A stretch of 64,000 bases of DNA. Origin: the human T2T-CHM13v2.0 reference genome, Homo sapiens. This document shows positions 46,879 through 60,659 of this stretch, piece after piece (position 1 is the first letter of the stretch; each line of letters opens with the position of its first letter). The notes below the pieces were generated by a model. That model was given only the letters and a program-made list of their open reading frames with translations. It did no database searches and was not told the DNA's origin. The DNA lies in the NCBI RefSeq assembly GCF_009914755.1, contig NC_060944.1; one strand, written 5' to 3'. A program made the position numbers and the translations under genes.

Positions 46879-47051
46879 TGTGTTCTCCAGAGAGTTGGTG
46901 AGCAGGAAGCTGCTGTTGCCATCAAGGGAGCCATTGTCCCATGAGCCATTGAACTCCACGGAGCCCTAGTTTATGCTGCTGTGGAAGTGGCTCCCCAGCT
47001 TTCCCTAGATGTGGGCTCCTACTAGCATGCTGACAGCTTCCATACCTATGC
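46879..47051 (-). pseudogene. MFSD2-family pseudogene exon, homolog of MFSD2A/B exon 6 (TM5 plus glycosylated loop), two in-frame stops
   Basis: ccgcag|GC ATA GGT ATG GAA...CTG GAG AAC ACA|gtaaag; peptide IGMEAVSMLVGAHI*GKLG..NGS..NGS..NSS..SLENT versus MFSD2A MTVEVLGTVLGTAIQGQIVG..SHRET; phase 1 to 0; TAG at 47007-47005 and 46968-46966. Confidence 0.85.
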
Positions 47052-47055
47052 CTGC

Positions 47056-47312
47056 GGAGGCGACTTAGGAGACCAGCGGACTTACTTCCTGGTCCCAGGA
47101 TGAAGTAAAGAAGCCAGCAGATGGTGCCAAAGGCAACCTCTATTTACCCTTGCTGCTCATTAGCATAAGACACTCCCACCAGTGCCGTGACAGTTTACAA
47201 ATGCCATGGCAACGAGCTGCAAGTTACCACCCCTTTCCATGGCAACAACTCGGCATTTGTTCTTTTCTAGAGCATTCTGAATAACAAACCTCTTAATTTG
47301 CATGTAATTAAA
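47056..47312 (+). mobile_element. Partial MER41-like ERV1 LTR
   Basis: cattagcataagacactcccaccagtgccgtgacagtttacaaatgccatggcaac; similar to 58174-58651. Confidence 0.7.
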
Positions 47313-48126
47313 AACTTTTGGGTCTGGTAAAGATCTTAAATGTTTTTAGCACACACACACACACAAATGTAAGTGGGTGAGGTGACAGATGTGTTAACTA
47401 ACACGATTGTGGCACTCATTTCACAATGTATATGTATATCAAATCAGCATGTTGCACACCATAAATTTACACAATTTTGTCAATCATACCTCAAGAAAGC
47501 TGGGAAAACAGAATCATACCACAAATTCACTGTTTTAGAACATGCAATTAAGCAGTTTTAGTATATTTACAGAACTGTGCAACCATTATCACTACTAATT
47601 CTAGCATATTTTAATCATCCCAAAAAGAAACCCTGTACCCATTAGTAGTTACTCCCCAATCCTCTCTCCCTCTAGTGTGTGGCAACAAGTTGTAGCATGT
47701 ATCACTACTTCATTTCTTTTTATGGCCAAATAACATTCCATTGTGTGGTTACACCACATTTTGCTTATCCATTTATCAACTGATGCACATTTGGATTGTT
47801 TCTACCTTTTGGCTATTGGGAACAGTGCTGCTGTGAACAGCCTGTGTACGTTTTTGTCTGAACACTTGTTTTCAATTCCTTGGTCATATACCTAGGAGTA
47901 GAATTGCTGGATCCTATGGTAACTCTGTTATCATAACTTTTTGAGGAACTGCCAAACTGTTTTCCAAAAGGGCTGCACCATTTTACATTCCCACTTTCAG
48001 TGCAGGAGGGTCCTAATTTCTCTACATTTTCACCAACACTTGTTGTCTATCTTTTTTATCATAGCTATCCTAATGAGCGCAAAGTGGTGTCTCCATGTGG
48101 TTTTCCTTTGCATTTAAAGATTACTA

Positions 48127-48411
<285 letters not shown>

Positions 48412-48759
48412 TCATGGGGTGTTCAGAGCAGCAGGCTCCCATGCTGGAGGGCCACACCACCCCCTGGCCAGGCCTGCTCAGCATTGGCTTATGTTTGGCC
48501 CATGTTTGCCAACCACCTCCTTCAGTTCCCTGTTGTTCCCTCCATGTCAGTCACTTTGAATTTCTCCCATTCCTCACACATAGCAAGTTCTTTTCCACCC
48601 CAGGGCCTCTGCACTTGCTGTTCTTTCTGCCAAGCACACTTTCTCCCCAAATCTCTGCTTGGTTGGTTTTTCATGTTGCAGGTCTCAGCTCAAATGTCAA
48701 CTCCTCAGGGTTGCGATCCCTGGCTACCCTAACATAGCCCCAAAATTTGCCGCTAGTAA

Positions 48760-49113
<354 letters not shown>

Positions 49114-51587
49114 TGACTCAGATACTTTATTTTTTATTTACATTTGGTTGAAATAAATTTGCCTATAAGTGGAATCACATAGTTCAAACACGTGTTGTTT
49201 AAGGGTCAACTGTGTTCATTTACTATCTATCCCACTAAGATATAAACTGTAAGAGCAGAAATCATGTCTCTTATTCCCTGCTATAACTTCCGTACCCTGC
49301 ACCTAGCAGGTGCTTAATACATGTTTGATGAATGAGTAAATAAGCTACAAATGAGGAAAATGAGGCTTTGAGATGTTAAGTCACTTGCCCAAGGTCCCAC
49401 AGTTAATTAGTGGAAAAGCCACAACAGGAAAGGTTTTCTATGTGCAGATCCTGCAGCCCAGGAAGGAGAGACTTGCCTGAGTCTAATAGCAAGTCAGCAA
49501 GAAAACAAAGGCCGCCAAGGTCTTTCCATGGGCTGCTGAATGAGGTTGGCACTGGGTGCCTGTCAAGCTCCAGGGGCCTGTCTGCAGTCGGTCTCAGCTG
49601 AGGGAGACCCTCCACCTCCAGGGACTCAGTCAACAAGACCTGGCTCCTCTAGAAGCCTCCATAGATGAAGGGCCCCCTGGAAATCCCCAGAGAGATTTCT
49701 GGAGGCCAGAGGTAGGAGGACAATTCAGCATCCAGAGGAGAAAGGATTTTCTAACAGGCAGAGCAGCAGTGATGGAAGGACAGGTGGCAAACTCCCCATT
49801 GCCTGAGGGAGATAAGCGGAGATGAGTATCAGGAGGGGACCAGCTCCACTCAGCTCTGCCACATGTTACACTCAGGAAAGAGGCTGGGGGAGCACTGGCA
49901 AAACTCAGGAGAGGAAGAGGCACCAGTGCCCAGTCTAGTGCATGTGACATTTGACTGAATCAGTGGGACTGGTGGGAGCAATGATAATGCAGCTTTATTT
50001 TGACATCCCAGTGTCCACACACCCTGATGGGTGAACTGGAATCTTCACAGGCACTGAGATGGAATCTAGGGCAGGTCCCAGTGACTCTGGTAATTGAAAG
50101 TCTTCCTGTCACTTTTTCCCCTCAAAGAGCTTCAATTCATCTATTCATAAAAATAAATTTCTGCAATGATAAAAATGTACCAGAAGCAAGTCAAAAGACA
50201 AAAAACAGAATAGGAAAAAAAATTGTGATTCATATCTCAAAGTGTATGTCTCCCTGATTCTGAGACATTAGTTTCCTATACATAAGTGAACAGAGGATAT
50301 AAATAGAGGTTCACAGAAAAGAGGATGCAATGGCTTCTGACTGCACGAAAAGATACTCAACATCCTTCATAATCAGGGAAATGTTAAGGCAAACTATGAT
50401 GGGGTCAGATCTAGTTCTGGGCAAGATGGAGTAATAAGCATGTTCCACCCCACCTCTCCTGCTGAAGGCAGCTATAAAACCTGGACAGGATGCACAGGCC
50501 AGCTATGTGAGGACTCTGAAAAGTAAATGGTAGAAGGTAACTTGAAGAAGATCAGAAATCAAAGTACCATCCTGAGTTTACCTTTTTGCCCCCTTCTTGT
50601 TTCCTGGCTAGAACAAAATGTAGCCTGGAAGTGGGGACTGGGACCACACAGGAAAACTCCAGTAGAAGCCCTCTAGTGCTGGCTTAAGGACCAGGAATTT
50701 CTAATGCCACTCTCCTGCCCTGAGTTTCTTTCTTCTTCCTGCTCTCCTATGCCCCAGCCACCAGGGAGTCCCTGGCAGGAATGACAGAGGCCTCAAAGCA
50801 TTGGGAACCTGCAGGAGCTGAAACTCAGAGGGAGGAGAATGTTCTTCATGCATCAGCAGAGTTGTGATCCCAAAAGGAAGGGAGCAAACCCCTGTTGCTT
50901 TTTCTTCTTTGTGCTCCCACCACCTGGCCCTGCCATGAAGAGTGCAGCACAGCGGGATGCTGCAGCTTTAGCTTTCTGGCTGGGAGCGTGAAAAGGGAGC
51001 CCCAGGAAACAGGAAAGTACCAGGGAGATTGTAAAAAGGGAGGAGCTTGTGAAAGCAACCCCATTACATTGTTTACGAACTCCTTGAGGCACTCTCCAAT
51101 TGCACATGTGTGGATCTGATTGTAATCACCATATAAAGGCTCTGAGAAATGTGCTAACAGGCCACATGCTCAGGTCCCAGACTCCCTGCTGGGTAGTGCA
51201 CACAGGGTACCAGACAGTCAGCAAAGGCTTTGCAGACTGAGCTGACATTGGAACCACCACACACAGAAGGTTGGGACTTGAGGCCTGAACCTGACCAGGT
51301 TGACTGCCAGCCAAAACACAAGATATAAATGTTTCCCATAGAACTTAAATAAGACCCAGAGCCTCAAAATATAATACAGAAAACGTTCAGGTTACAATCC
51401 CAAACTACTCAGCTTGTGAAGATCCAGGAAAATGTCAACTCTCCTGGGAGAAGACATCAACAGATGCCCACTCCTAGATGACACAGATGTTGGGGTTATC
51501 TGATACCTTTTGAAGAAATTACTACAAAAATACTCAAATGAGTAAGGGTAGATATTCTCTTTTTCTTGAGATAAAATTCAAGTAACA

Positions 51588-51883
<296 letters not shown>

Positions 51884-52214
51884 TCAAGTAACATAAAATT
51901 AATCATTTTAACAGGGCGTTTAGTATGTTCAATGTTGTGTAACCAGTACCTCTATCTAGTTCTAAATATTTTCATCAACCCAAAATAAAGCCTAGTATCC
52001 ATTAAGCAGTACTTCCCATTGTCCCTTCCACACAGCACCCAGCAACCATCAATCAGCTTTCTCTCTCTATGGATTTACCTATTCTGGATATTTTATATAA
52101 CATGTGGCTGTCATAGTATGTGACTCTTGTGTCTGAGTTTTCACTTAGCATAATGGTTTTGAGGTTACCTAGAGTTAGCCAAACTGCAGGTAACCTCAAA
52201 AACATTGTGCTAAG

Positions 52215-52846
52215 GTAGGGTCTTCCAGACCACCAAATTTGACTCCCAAGACTCTGACACAAATTTCAAGTTCAAGGGGTTCCTAAAACCACCCTCAGGT
52301 TGTATAATTCACCAGAAAGACTCGCTGAAACCTATTATATGTACGTCTATGTTTATTACAACAAAAATATACAAATTAGAACCAGCCAGAGGAAGAGATG
52401 CATAGGATGGAGTTGGGAGGGGTCTAAATGGGGAGTGTCCGGTGTCCTCTCCCCAGGGTCATGGACAGTTACTTCCTCGTGACCATGATGTGTGATAACA
52501 TGCACAGAGTATTGCCAACCAGGGAAGCTCACCTGAACTTTGGTATCTAGAGTTTTTAATGAGGCTTCACTACATGGGCATGATTGATTAAACTCAATCT
52601 TCAGCCCACTCCACCCCAACCCTGGAGGTTGGGTTGAAAGCTCTCACAGTAAATTCTATGTTTGGTTTTTCTGGTGTGGCCAGCCCCTCCACCCTAAGAC
52701 TATCAGGTGTGAGTGGCGTTATGAATAATCTCATCAACATAAACTATCAGGTGTGGTCCCAGTGACTCAACAGGAATAAAGAGGACACTCCTGTCATGTT
52801 GGAAATTCTAGACATTTCTTTGAGTGAGGCCAAATTCCTTACAACA
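52215..52846. mobile_element. MER21-like LTR
   Basis: aaaaccaccctcaggttgtataattcaccagaaagactc...ccaaattccttaca. Confidence 0.65.
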
Positions 52847-52849
52847 TGG

Positions 52850-55800
52850 AAGTTTATCCATTATAGCATTTATCAATACTTCATTACTTTTTTGTTTCTG
52901 AATAATCCATTTTATGTGTACACGATTTGTTTATTCACTTGTTTATTGCTGGACATTTGGGTTGTTTCCACCTTTGGGGTATTTTGAATAATGCTGCTAT
53001 TAAACATGGATGTACAAGCATCTGAGTACCTGTTTTCAATTCTTTTGAATATATATCTGGGATGTTTAACTTTATGCATTAATTTGACTGGATTATGGGA
53101 TACCCAGATATATGGTAAAACGTTATTTCAGAGTGTGTCTGTGAGGGTGTTTTCTAGATTAGTATTTGAATCAGTGGATGGAGTAAAGAAGATCATCCTC
53201 CCCAGTGTGGGCAGACATCATGGATGAACTTCGGTGTTGAAGGCCCATTAAAATAGAACAAAAATGTGGAGGAAGTGCAAATTCTCTCTCTCTTTCAGCT
53301 GGATCACCTTCTCCTGCTCTCAGACAATGGAGCTCTTGGTTCTCAGGCTTTTGGACCCTAAGGCTTATATCAATAGCCTCCCACCCCCAGATTCTCAGAC
53401 CTTAGGCCTTGGAGTGGGAGTTACACCACTGGCTTCCCTGATTCTCAGGCTCTCAGACTTCAACTGAATTACATCACCATCTTTCCTGGTTCTTCAGCTT
53501 GTAAATAGTATGTCATGGGACTTCTTGGCCTCTGTAATTGCATGAAACAATTCCCATAATAAATCTTCTCTATATGTATTGCATTGGTTCTGTTTCTCTG
53601 GAGAACTCTGACTAATATAATTCCTAAGAGTGGAATTTCTGGGTCATATGTAATTCTATGTTTAGCTTTTTGAGGAGCCACCAAATTGTTTTCCACAGCA
53701 ACTTCCAACAGTGTACAAGGGTTTCTTTTTTCTTTTATAGGTTCAGTATTCTTTATTATAAACAATCAGACAACAGTGTAAGTGTGCATTTGATGGATAA
53801 CCGAAGCCAAGTTATTATAATAGAAAGCATGACTTCGCTCAAATAGAGTTTCTTTGTTGTTGTTGATCTGTTTTACATTAATTTGAATTTAACATATGCT
53901 AGGATCACCTAAATTTGTCATACAGTTCTGCTATTAAAATTGTAACAGGGAAAGACAAAATGTGAAATGCATGTTATATTTTGCTTTATTTGTTGAATAT
54001 CTATCTATCTATCTACACTAAATATTTGGGACACATTCAGAGTTAAGCAGGTGCTTAAAGTCTATCAAGTGATATTTATGAAATGTTTTTGTTGCTGTTA
54101 TGGGAACATCCATATCCTTAGAAGACAATAAAAAAGAGGATTCTAAATGCTAGGTGGTTGGCTAAATGTTCCTGATTTATACTGAGTGTAAAACAAAATA
54201 AAACAAAACATAAGGTATATGTGTTAAGTAGTGACATCTACATAGTTCCAAAGCACTGGCAACTATTAAAATATCATCCAGCTAAAACAAACTTTTCACA
54301 ATTTTTTTTAACAGAAAAATAATAAACCAACAACAAAAACTGGTAAATGTTCTGGGTCTTGTGAGCAGACCAAAATGTTACTACAGTGTTCTCTATTGTG
54401 TGATCCCAGTGTACAAGTTTCTATTTCTCCATATCCTTATCAACATTTGCTATTTTCCATGTTTTTGATTATAGTTATCCTAGCGGGTGTGAAGTGGTTT
54501 ATCTCTTGCAGGTGTTAAGTGGTATCCCACTGTGGTTTTCATTTGCATTTCTTTAGTAACAAATGATGCTGAACATGCTTTCATGTGCTTATTGGCCATT
54601 TGTATGTCTTCTCTGGAGATATGTCTATTCAGGTTCTTTGCCTATTTCTTAATTTTTTTTTTTTTTTTTTTGTGGTTGAGTTTTAAGTGTTCTTTATATA
54701 TTCTGGATACAAGTCCATTATTTGCAAATACTTTCTCTCATTTTGTGGGCTGTGTTTCTACTTTCTAGATAATATATTTTATTGTGCAAATGGTTTTACT
54801 TTTTATGAAGTCTAATTTATCCATTTCTTCCTTTTGTTGCTCATGCTTTTGGTGTCAAATCTAAGAATCCATTGCCAAGTCTGAGGTTATAAATATTTAC
54901 TCCTATGTTTTTCTCTAAATAGTTTACCCCTATGTTTTCCTCTTGTATTTGGGTCATTGATCCATTTTGAGTTAATTTTTGTGTATGGAGTGAGGTACGG
55001 GTCCAGCTTCATTCTTTTGCCTGTGATTATGCAGTTGCCCCGGCACTGTTTGTTGAAGAGACTATTCTTTCCCCATTGAGTTGTGCTGAACACTTATTGA
55101 AAATCAATTAGCCATAGATATTTATTTCTAGGCTGTCAATTATATTCCACTGGTGTATATGTCTGTCCTTATGTCAGTACCACACTGGTTTGATTATAGA
55201 AGTTTGGAGCATGTTTGGAAATCTGGAAGCATGAGCCCTGAAACTTTGTGTTTCTTTTTCTTTCTTTTTTGGTGTGTTTCTTTTTCAATAGTATTTTGAC
55301 TACTTGGGGTTCATTCCAGTTCCACATAAATTTGAGGATTAGTTTTTCCATTTCCTTAGGAAATGCCATTGGGATTTTCATAGGGGTTGCATTGAATCTG
55401 TGGATCATTTGCAATTAATATTCCAATACATCAACATGTGTTGTCTTCCATTTATTTAGGTCTTCTTTAATTTCTTTCAGCAATGTTTTGTAGTTTTCAG
55501 CATAGAAGTCTTTCTCCTTGGTTTAAGTATTTTACTCTTTTGGATGCTGTTATAAATGGAATTGTTACTTAATTTCATTTTCAGACTGTTCATTGCTGAT
55601 GCATAGAAAATGGACTTTCGTGCACTGATCTTGTAATCTGCAACTATGTTGAATTTGTTTATTGGCTCTAGTAGTTGTGTGCATTTTGGTATTGTTATAT
55701 TTTCTATACATAGAATTATTTCATCTTCAAATAGAGATAACTTTACTGCTTCCTTTCCAGTTTGGAGGCTGTTTATTGCTTTTTCTTGCCTAACTGCTCT

Positions 55801-56320
55801 GGCTAGGACTTCCAGTACAATATTTAATAGTAGTGGTAAAAATGGGCATTCTTGTCTTGTTCCTGCTCAGTGGGGAAGCTTCTGCTCTTTTACCATTGAG
55901 TATAATGTGAGTTGTGGGTTTTGTGTAAGTGACCTTTATCATGTTAAGGAAGTTCTCTGTATTCTGATTTGTTGGTGAGTGTTTGTATCCTGAAAGTGTT
56001 TGAAGTGTTGAATTTTGTTGCATGCATTTAATGTATCTATTGTGATATCATTTCCCTCTTTACAGAGTTGTGTTACATTGATGGATTTTTTTTTTCTTAT
56101 GTTGAGCCACCCTTGCATTTCTGGGAGAAATCCCACTTGGTCATGATCTATAATCCTTTGAATGTGCTACTGGATTTGGTTTGCTATTTTGTTGAGGATT
56201 TTTTGAGTCTATATTCATAAGATATACCGGACAGTCGTTTTGTCTGCCTTTGATATCAAGGTAACGGTGGACTCATAGAATCATACCTTTGATATCAAGG
56301 TAACGGTGGACTCATAGATA
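52850..56320 (-). mobile_element. L1MB-type fragment containing an MLT2 LTR (about 53062-53618) and the retrocopy
   Basis: Reverse ORF2 peptides ([30 protein letters not shown]); MLT2 ends ggttctgtttctctggagaactctgactaata. Confidence 0.85.
53722..54406 (-). pseudogene. 5'-truncated retrocopy of an unidentified mRNA 3' UTR inserted in an L1
   Basis: TSD CAGTGTACAAG at 53709 and 54407; A-rich tail (T-run 53722-53736); AATAAA at 53757-53752; AT-rich body that does not look like a known repeat. Confidence 0.7.
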
Positions 56321-56399
56321 TTCTGCATTTATATTTTTGTAATCACAATTTGTAAAGAATTCTCAAAATCCAACAGTAAGAAAACAAATAATCCAATAA

Positions 56400-56718
<319 letters not shown>

Positions 56719-57061
56719 GGCAAGGACTCTTAAAAATGCTTTATCAAAAAGGATTTATGGGTGGCAAATGGCATATGAAAAGATGTTCAGCATCATTAGC
56801 ATCACAAGACATGCTAATGTCAAAACCATGACAAGAGATAACTACACACCTATTAAAATGACTAAAATAAAAATGCTGACAATACCAAGTGTTGGTGAAG
56901 CTAAGTAGCACCCAAAAATCTCATATATTGCTGACAGGAATGTGCAGTGCAACAGCCACTCTGGGAAATGATTTGACAGTTTTAAATAAAGTTAAACATA
57001 CACTTACCATATAACCCAGCCACCCCAGACCCTAGACATCTCTAGAGTATTCACCCTAGAG

Positions 57062-57591
57062 CAGAGGTCCCCAAAACCTAGGTCATGAACCAGTATCAGT
57101 CCATGGCCTGTTAGGAACCAGCCGCACAGAGGAGGTGAGAGGCTGGTGAGTGAGCAAAGCTTTATCTATATTTATAGCCTTGCCCCACTGCTTGCCACCT
57201 GAACTCCACCTCCTGTCAGATCAGATCAGCAGCAGCATTAGATTCTCACAGAAGTGCAAACCCTATTGTGAACTGTGCATGTAGGGGATCTAGACTGTGT
57301 GCTTCTCATGAGAATCTAATGCCTGATGATCTGTCGCTGTCTCCCAACACCCCAAGATGGGACCATCCAGTTGCAGGAAAACAAGCTCAGGGCTCCCACT
57401 GATTCTACATTACGGTGAATTGTATAATTATTTCATTATATATTACAATGTAATAACAATAGAAATAAAATGCACAATAAATGTAAATGTGCTTGAATCA
57501 TCCCGAAACCATCCGCCCTACTCCCTAAGTCTGTGGAAAAATTGTCTTCCACGAAACCTGTCCCTGATGCCAAAAAGATTGGGGACTGCTG
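57062..57591. mobile_element. MER1A hAT-Charlie element
   Basis: TIR-like ends CAGAGGTCCCC / GGGGACTGCTG; 8-bp TSD CCCTAGAG at 57054 and 57592. Confidence 0.88.
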
Positions 57592-58173
57592 CCCTAGAGA
57601 AAGGAAAATTTTGTTCACAGAAAAACCTGTATATGAATGTTTATAGCAGCTCTATTTCTAATTGCCCCAAACTGGCAACAACCCAAATATCCTCTAATGG
57701 TTGAACAGATAGACAGATTGTTGCACATTCATATCATGGACTATTACTTGGCAATGAAAAAACAATGAACTTTCCATAAGCACAACATATGAAAATTGTT
57801 CCTCCGGATGAATCTCAGAGGAATTATGCTAAGAGGCCAGTCTCCAAGGGTTAAATGCTGTATGCTTCCATTTACATGATGTTCTGGAAAAGACAAAACC
57901 ACAATGATGAAGAAGAGATCAGTGGCTGTCAGGGATTGGGTTTGAGGGGTAGTGTGACTATCAAGGCATTGCATGAGGGAGGTTCTGGGATGATGGAACT
58001 GTTTTGTGTCCTGATTGTAGTGGTGGTTACATGAATCTATACGTGTGCTGAAATCTGTATAATTATATACAACATAGTTAATTTTACTGTATGATAATTT
58101 TAAAAATTAAATGAATTAGAAAATGGTTAACAGTTAATACTCACTCATATGGCCAAATGTATAACAACTCTTA

Positions 58174-58651
58174 TGAGGCAGCAGTCTGGCAGAACTTATT
58201 TTCTGGTCACAACCCTGCTGACCAAAACAGGATGTGGTCTACACAAAGTGAAGAAACCGCAGGAACCAGCAGATGGTGAGGAAAGTGATCCCTAGCTGCC
58301 CTCATTGCTCATTAGCATATGACACTCCCACAAGCGCCATGACAGTTTACAAATGTCATGGTAATTACCTGGAAGTTACCACCCCTTTCCTAGGAAGTTC
58401 TAAATAACCTGTCCCTCAGTTTGCATTGGCTTGCCCCTTAATTTGCATGTAATTAAAAATGGGTTTATGTGAGTATACAGTTGCCAGGAGCCCATATGTT
58501 GCTGACTGAAGTGCACTGCCTAGGAGTTATCCTTGCTCTACAAAGAGCAGTACTGTTCAACAAAAGATTGCCAATTCCACTGGCTTGTCCTTAAAAGCTA
58601 AGGACCCTCCTGGGATAAGCACCAATTTTGGGGCTCACCTATTCTGTATCA
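58174..58651 (+). mobile_element. Solo MER41-like ERV1 LTR
   Basis: TG...CA, near 4-bp TSD CTTA/GTTA, MER41-type core. Confidence 0.75.
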
Positions 58652-59745
58652 GTTATACTGACATACCCATTTTGCAGATGAAGAAAAGGAGGCCCAGAGG
58701 GGCTGTTGGGTTGCCCAGGGTCTCAGAGCTAATAAATGGCAGAGCTGAGAACCTGATTTGGGCAGTTTGCCCTCATGGTCATTATTCAAAATCTCTTCAT
58801 TAACTGACTCAACTGGGGGGCACAAGGCCAAATTTTTCTGAGTTTTCAGGTAGCTGGTGATTGTTTTTGTTTAAGTCTCCTAGGATTTTTTTTTTTTTTT
58901 TTACAAATTACATGTTTTTGTAATTTGTTACATGCTGTAATAAGAACTTTAAAAAAAGTAGATTTACAACAGCTGAATTTCCTAAAATACAGGGTGCTTG
59001 ATCATAAGACTCTTCAAGAAAAAGATATTTTAGAACACTAATAAATACAATGCGAAAAAACTGTATTCTTATCTGGGTCCTTCTATCAGTGAAGCCAAAA
59101 GAGCTATTACAAGACAACTTAAAACTCATTCCAAAGATGAAGGCAGTTGTCTGTACAATGCAGTGCATCCCAGGCATCTCCAAAAGACAGTAATGAGAAT
59201 CCAACCCGACAGTGAAGGGAGCCATGCCCATCAGGGAAGTTGGTGCAATTGGAAGGAAGGAAGGAAAGAAGAGGTGATCCGATCAGCATATTTTTTCTTT
59301 GAGAACATGAATAACAATATTCATCAATTTCTCATACCCACAAAAATGTTCTAAAAAAAACAGAGAAAGCAAGTTAGAAAATCCGCAACCATAGCAAGCA
59401 GTATCCTAAAGAAACATAATTATGTGCTCACATACCTGAAAAATGAACAGGTTATATTATATAGATTTTACCAACTCATCAAAGATTGGCCACATACGAT
59501 GAAGACTTTGAATACCATCCTGAAGTAGGAATAACTAAAATTTGCATAGATGTTATGATCAGATCATTATGAATAAGATGCTAGTATTCATCATTCCAGG
59601 AAACCCTAAGCTGGAAACATTCAACATTCAAGCCTAAGTTGGATATTATTCAACACTTTATGCACAAGTAAATGTTAAGGGAGGCAATATGCAGAGTGAT
59701 TAAGAGTACAAGCTCCGAAATAAACATACTAAGGTCAAATTTATC

Positions 59746-60101
<356 letters not shown>

Positions 60102-60269
60102 CTAGGTGGAATAGGCATGTTGCTTAACCTCTCTCACCCTCATATCTAAAATAGAATTAAAAATGGTACCTGTCTTATAGGGCTTGCCTGAGGATTAAAT
60201 GGGATGATTCATGAGAAATATGTAGTTAATAATGTGGTACAGAAAAATACTCAATAAATAGTATTCATG

Positions 60270-60659
<390 letters not shown>

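Noticed and set aside
49810-49940. Possible MFSD2 exon 4/5 remnants (CxHV, SAY-like words)
   Set aside because: Overlaps an L3/CR1-like 3' fragment, lacks donors and needs too many indels.
59140-59200. Minus-strand AWDA motif resembling MFSD2 exon 3 (GRAWDA)
   Set aside because: Four-residue match without splice sites or the downstream DP motif, in AT-rich, probably ancient repeat sequence.
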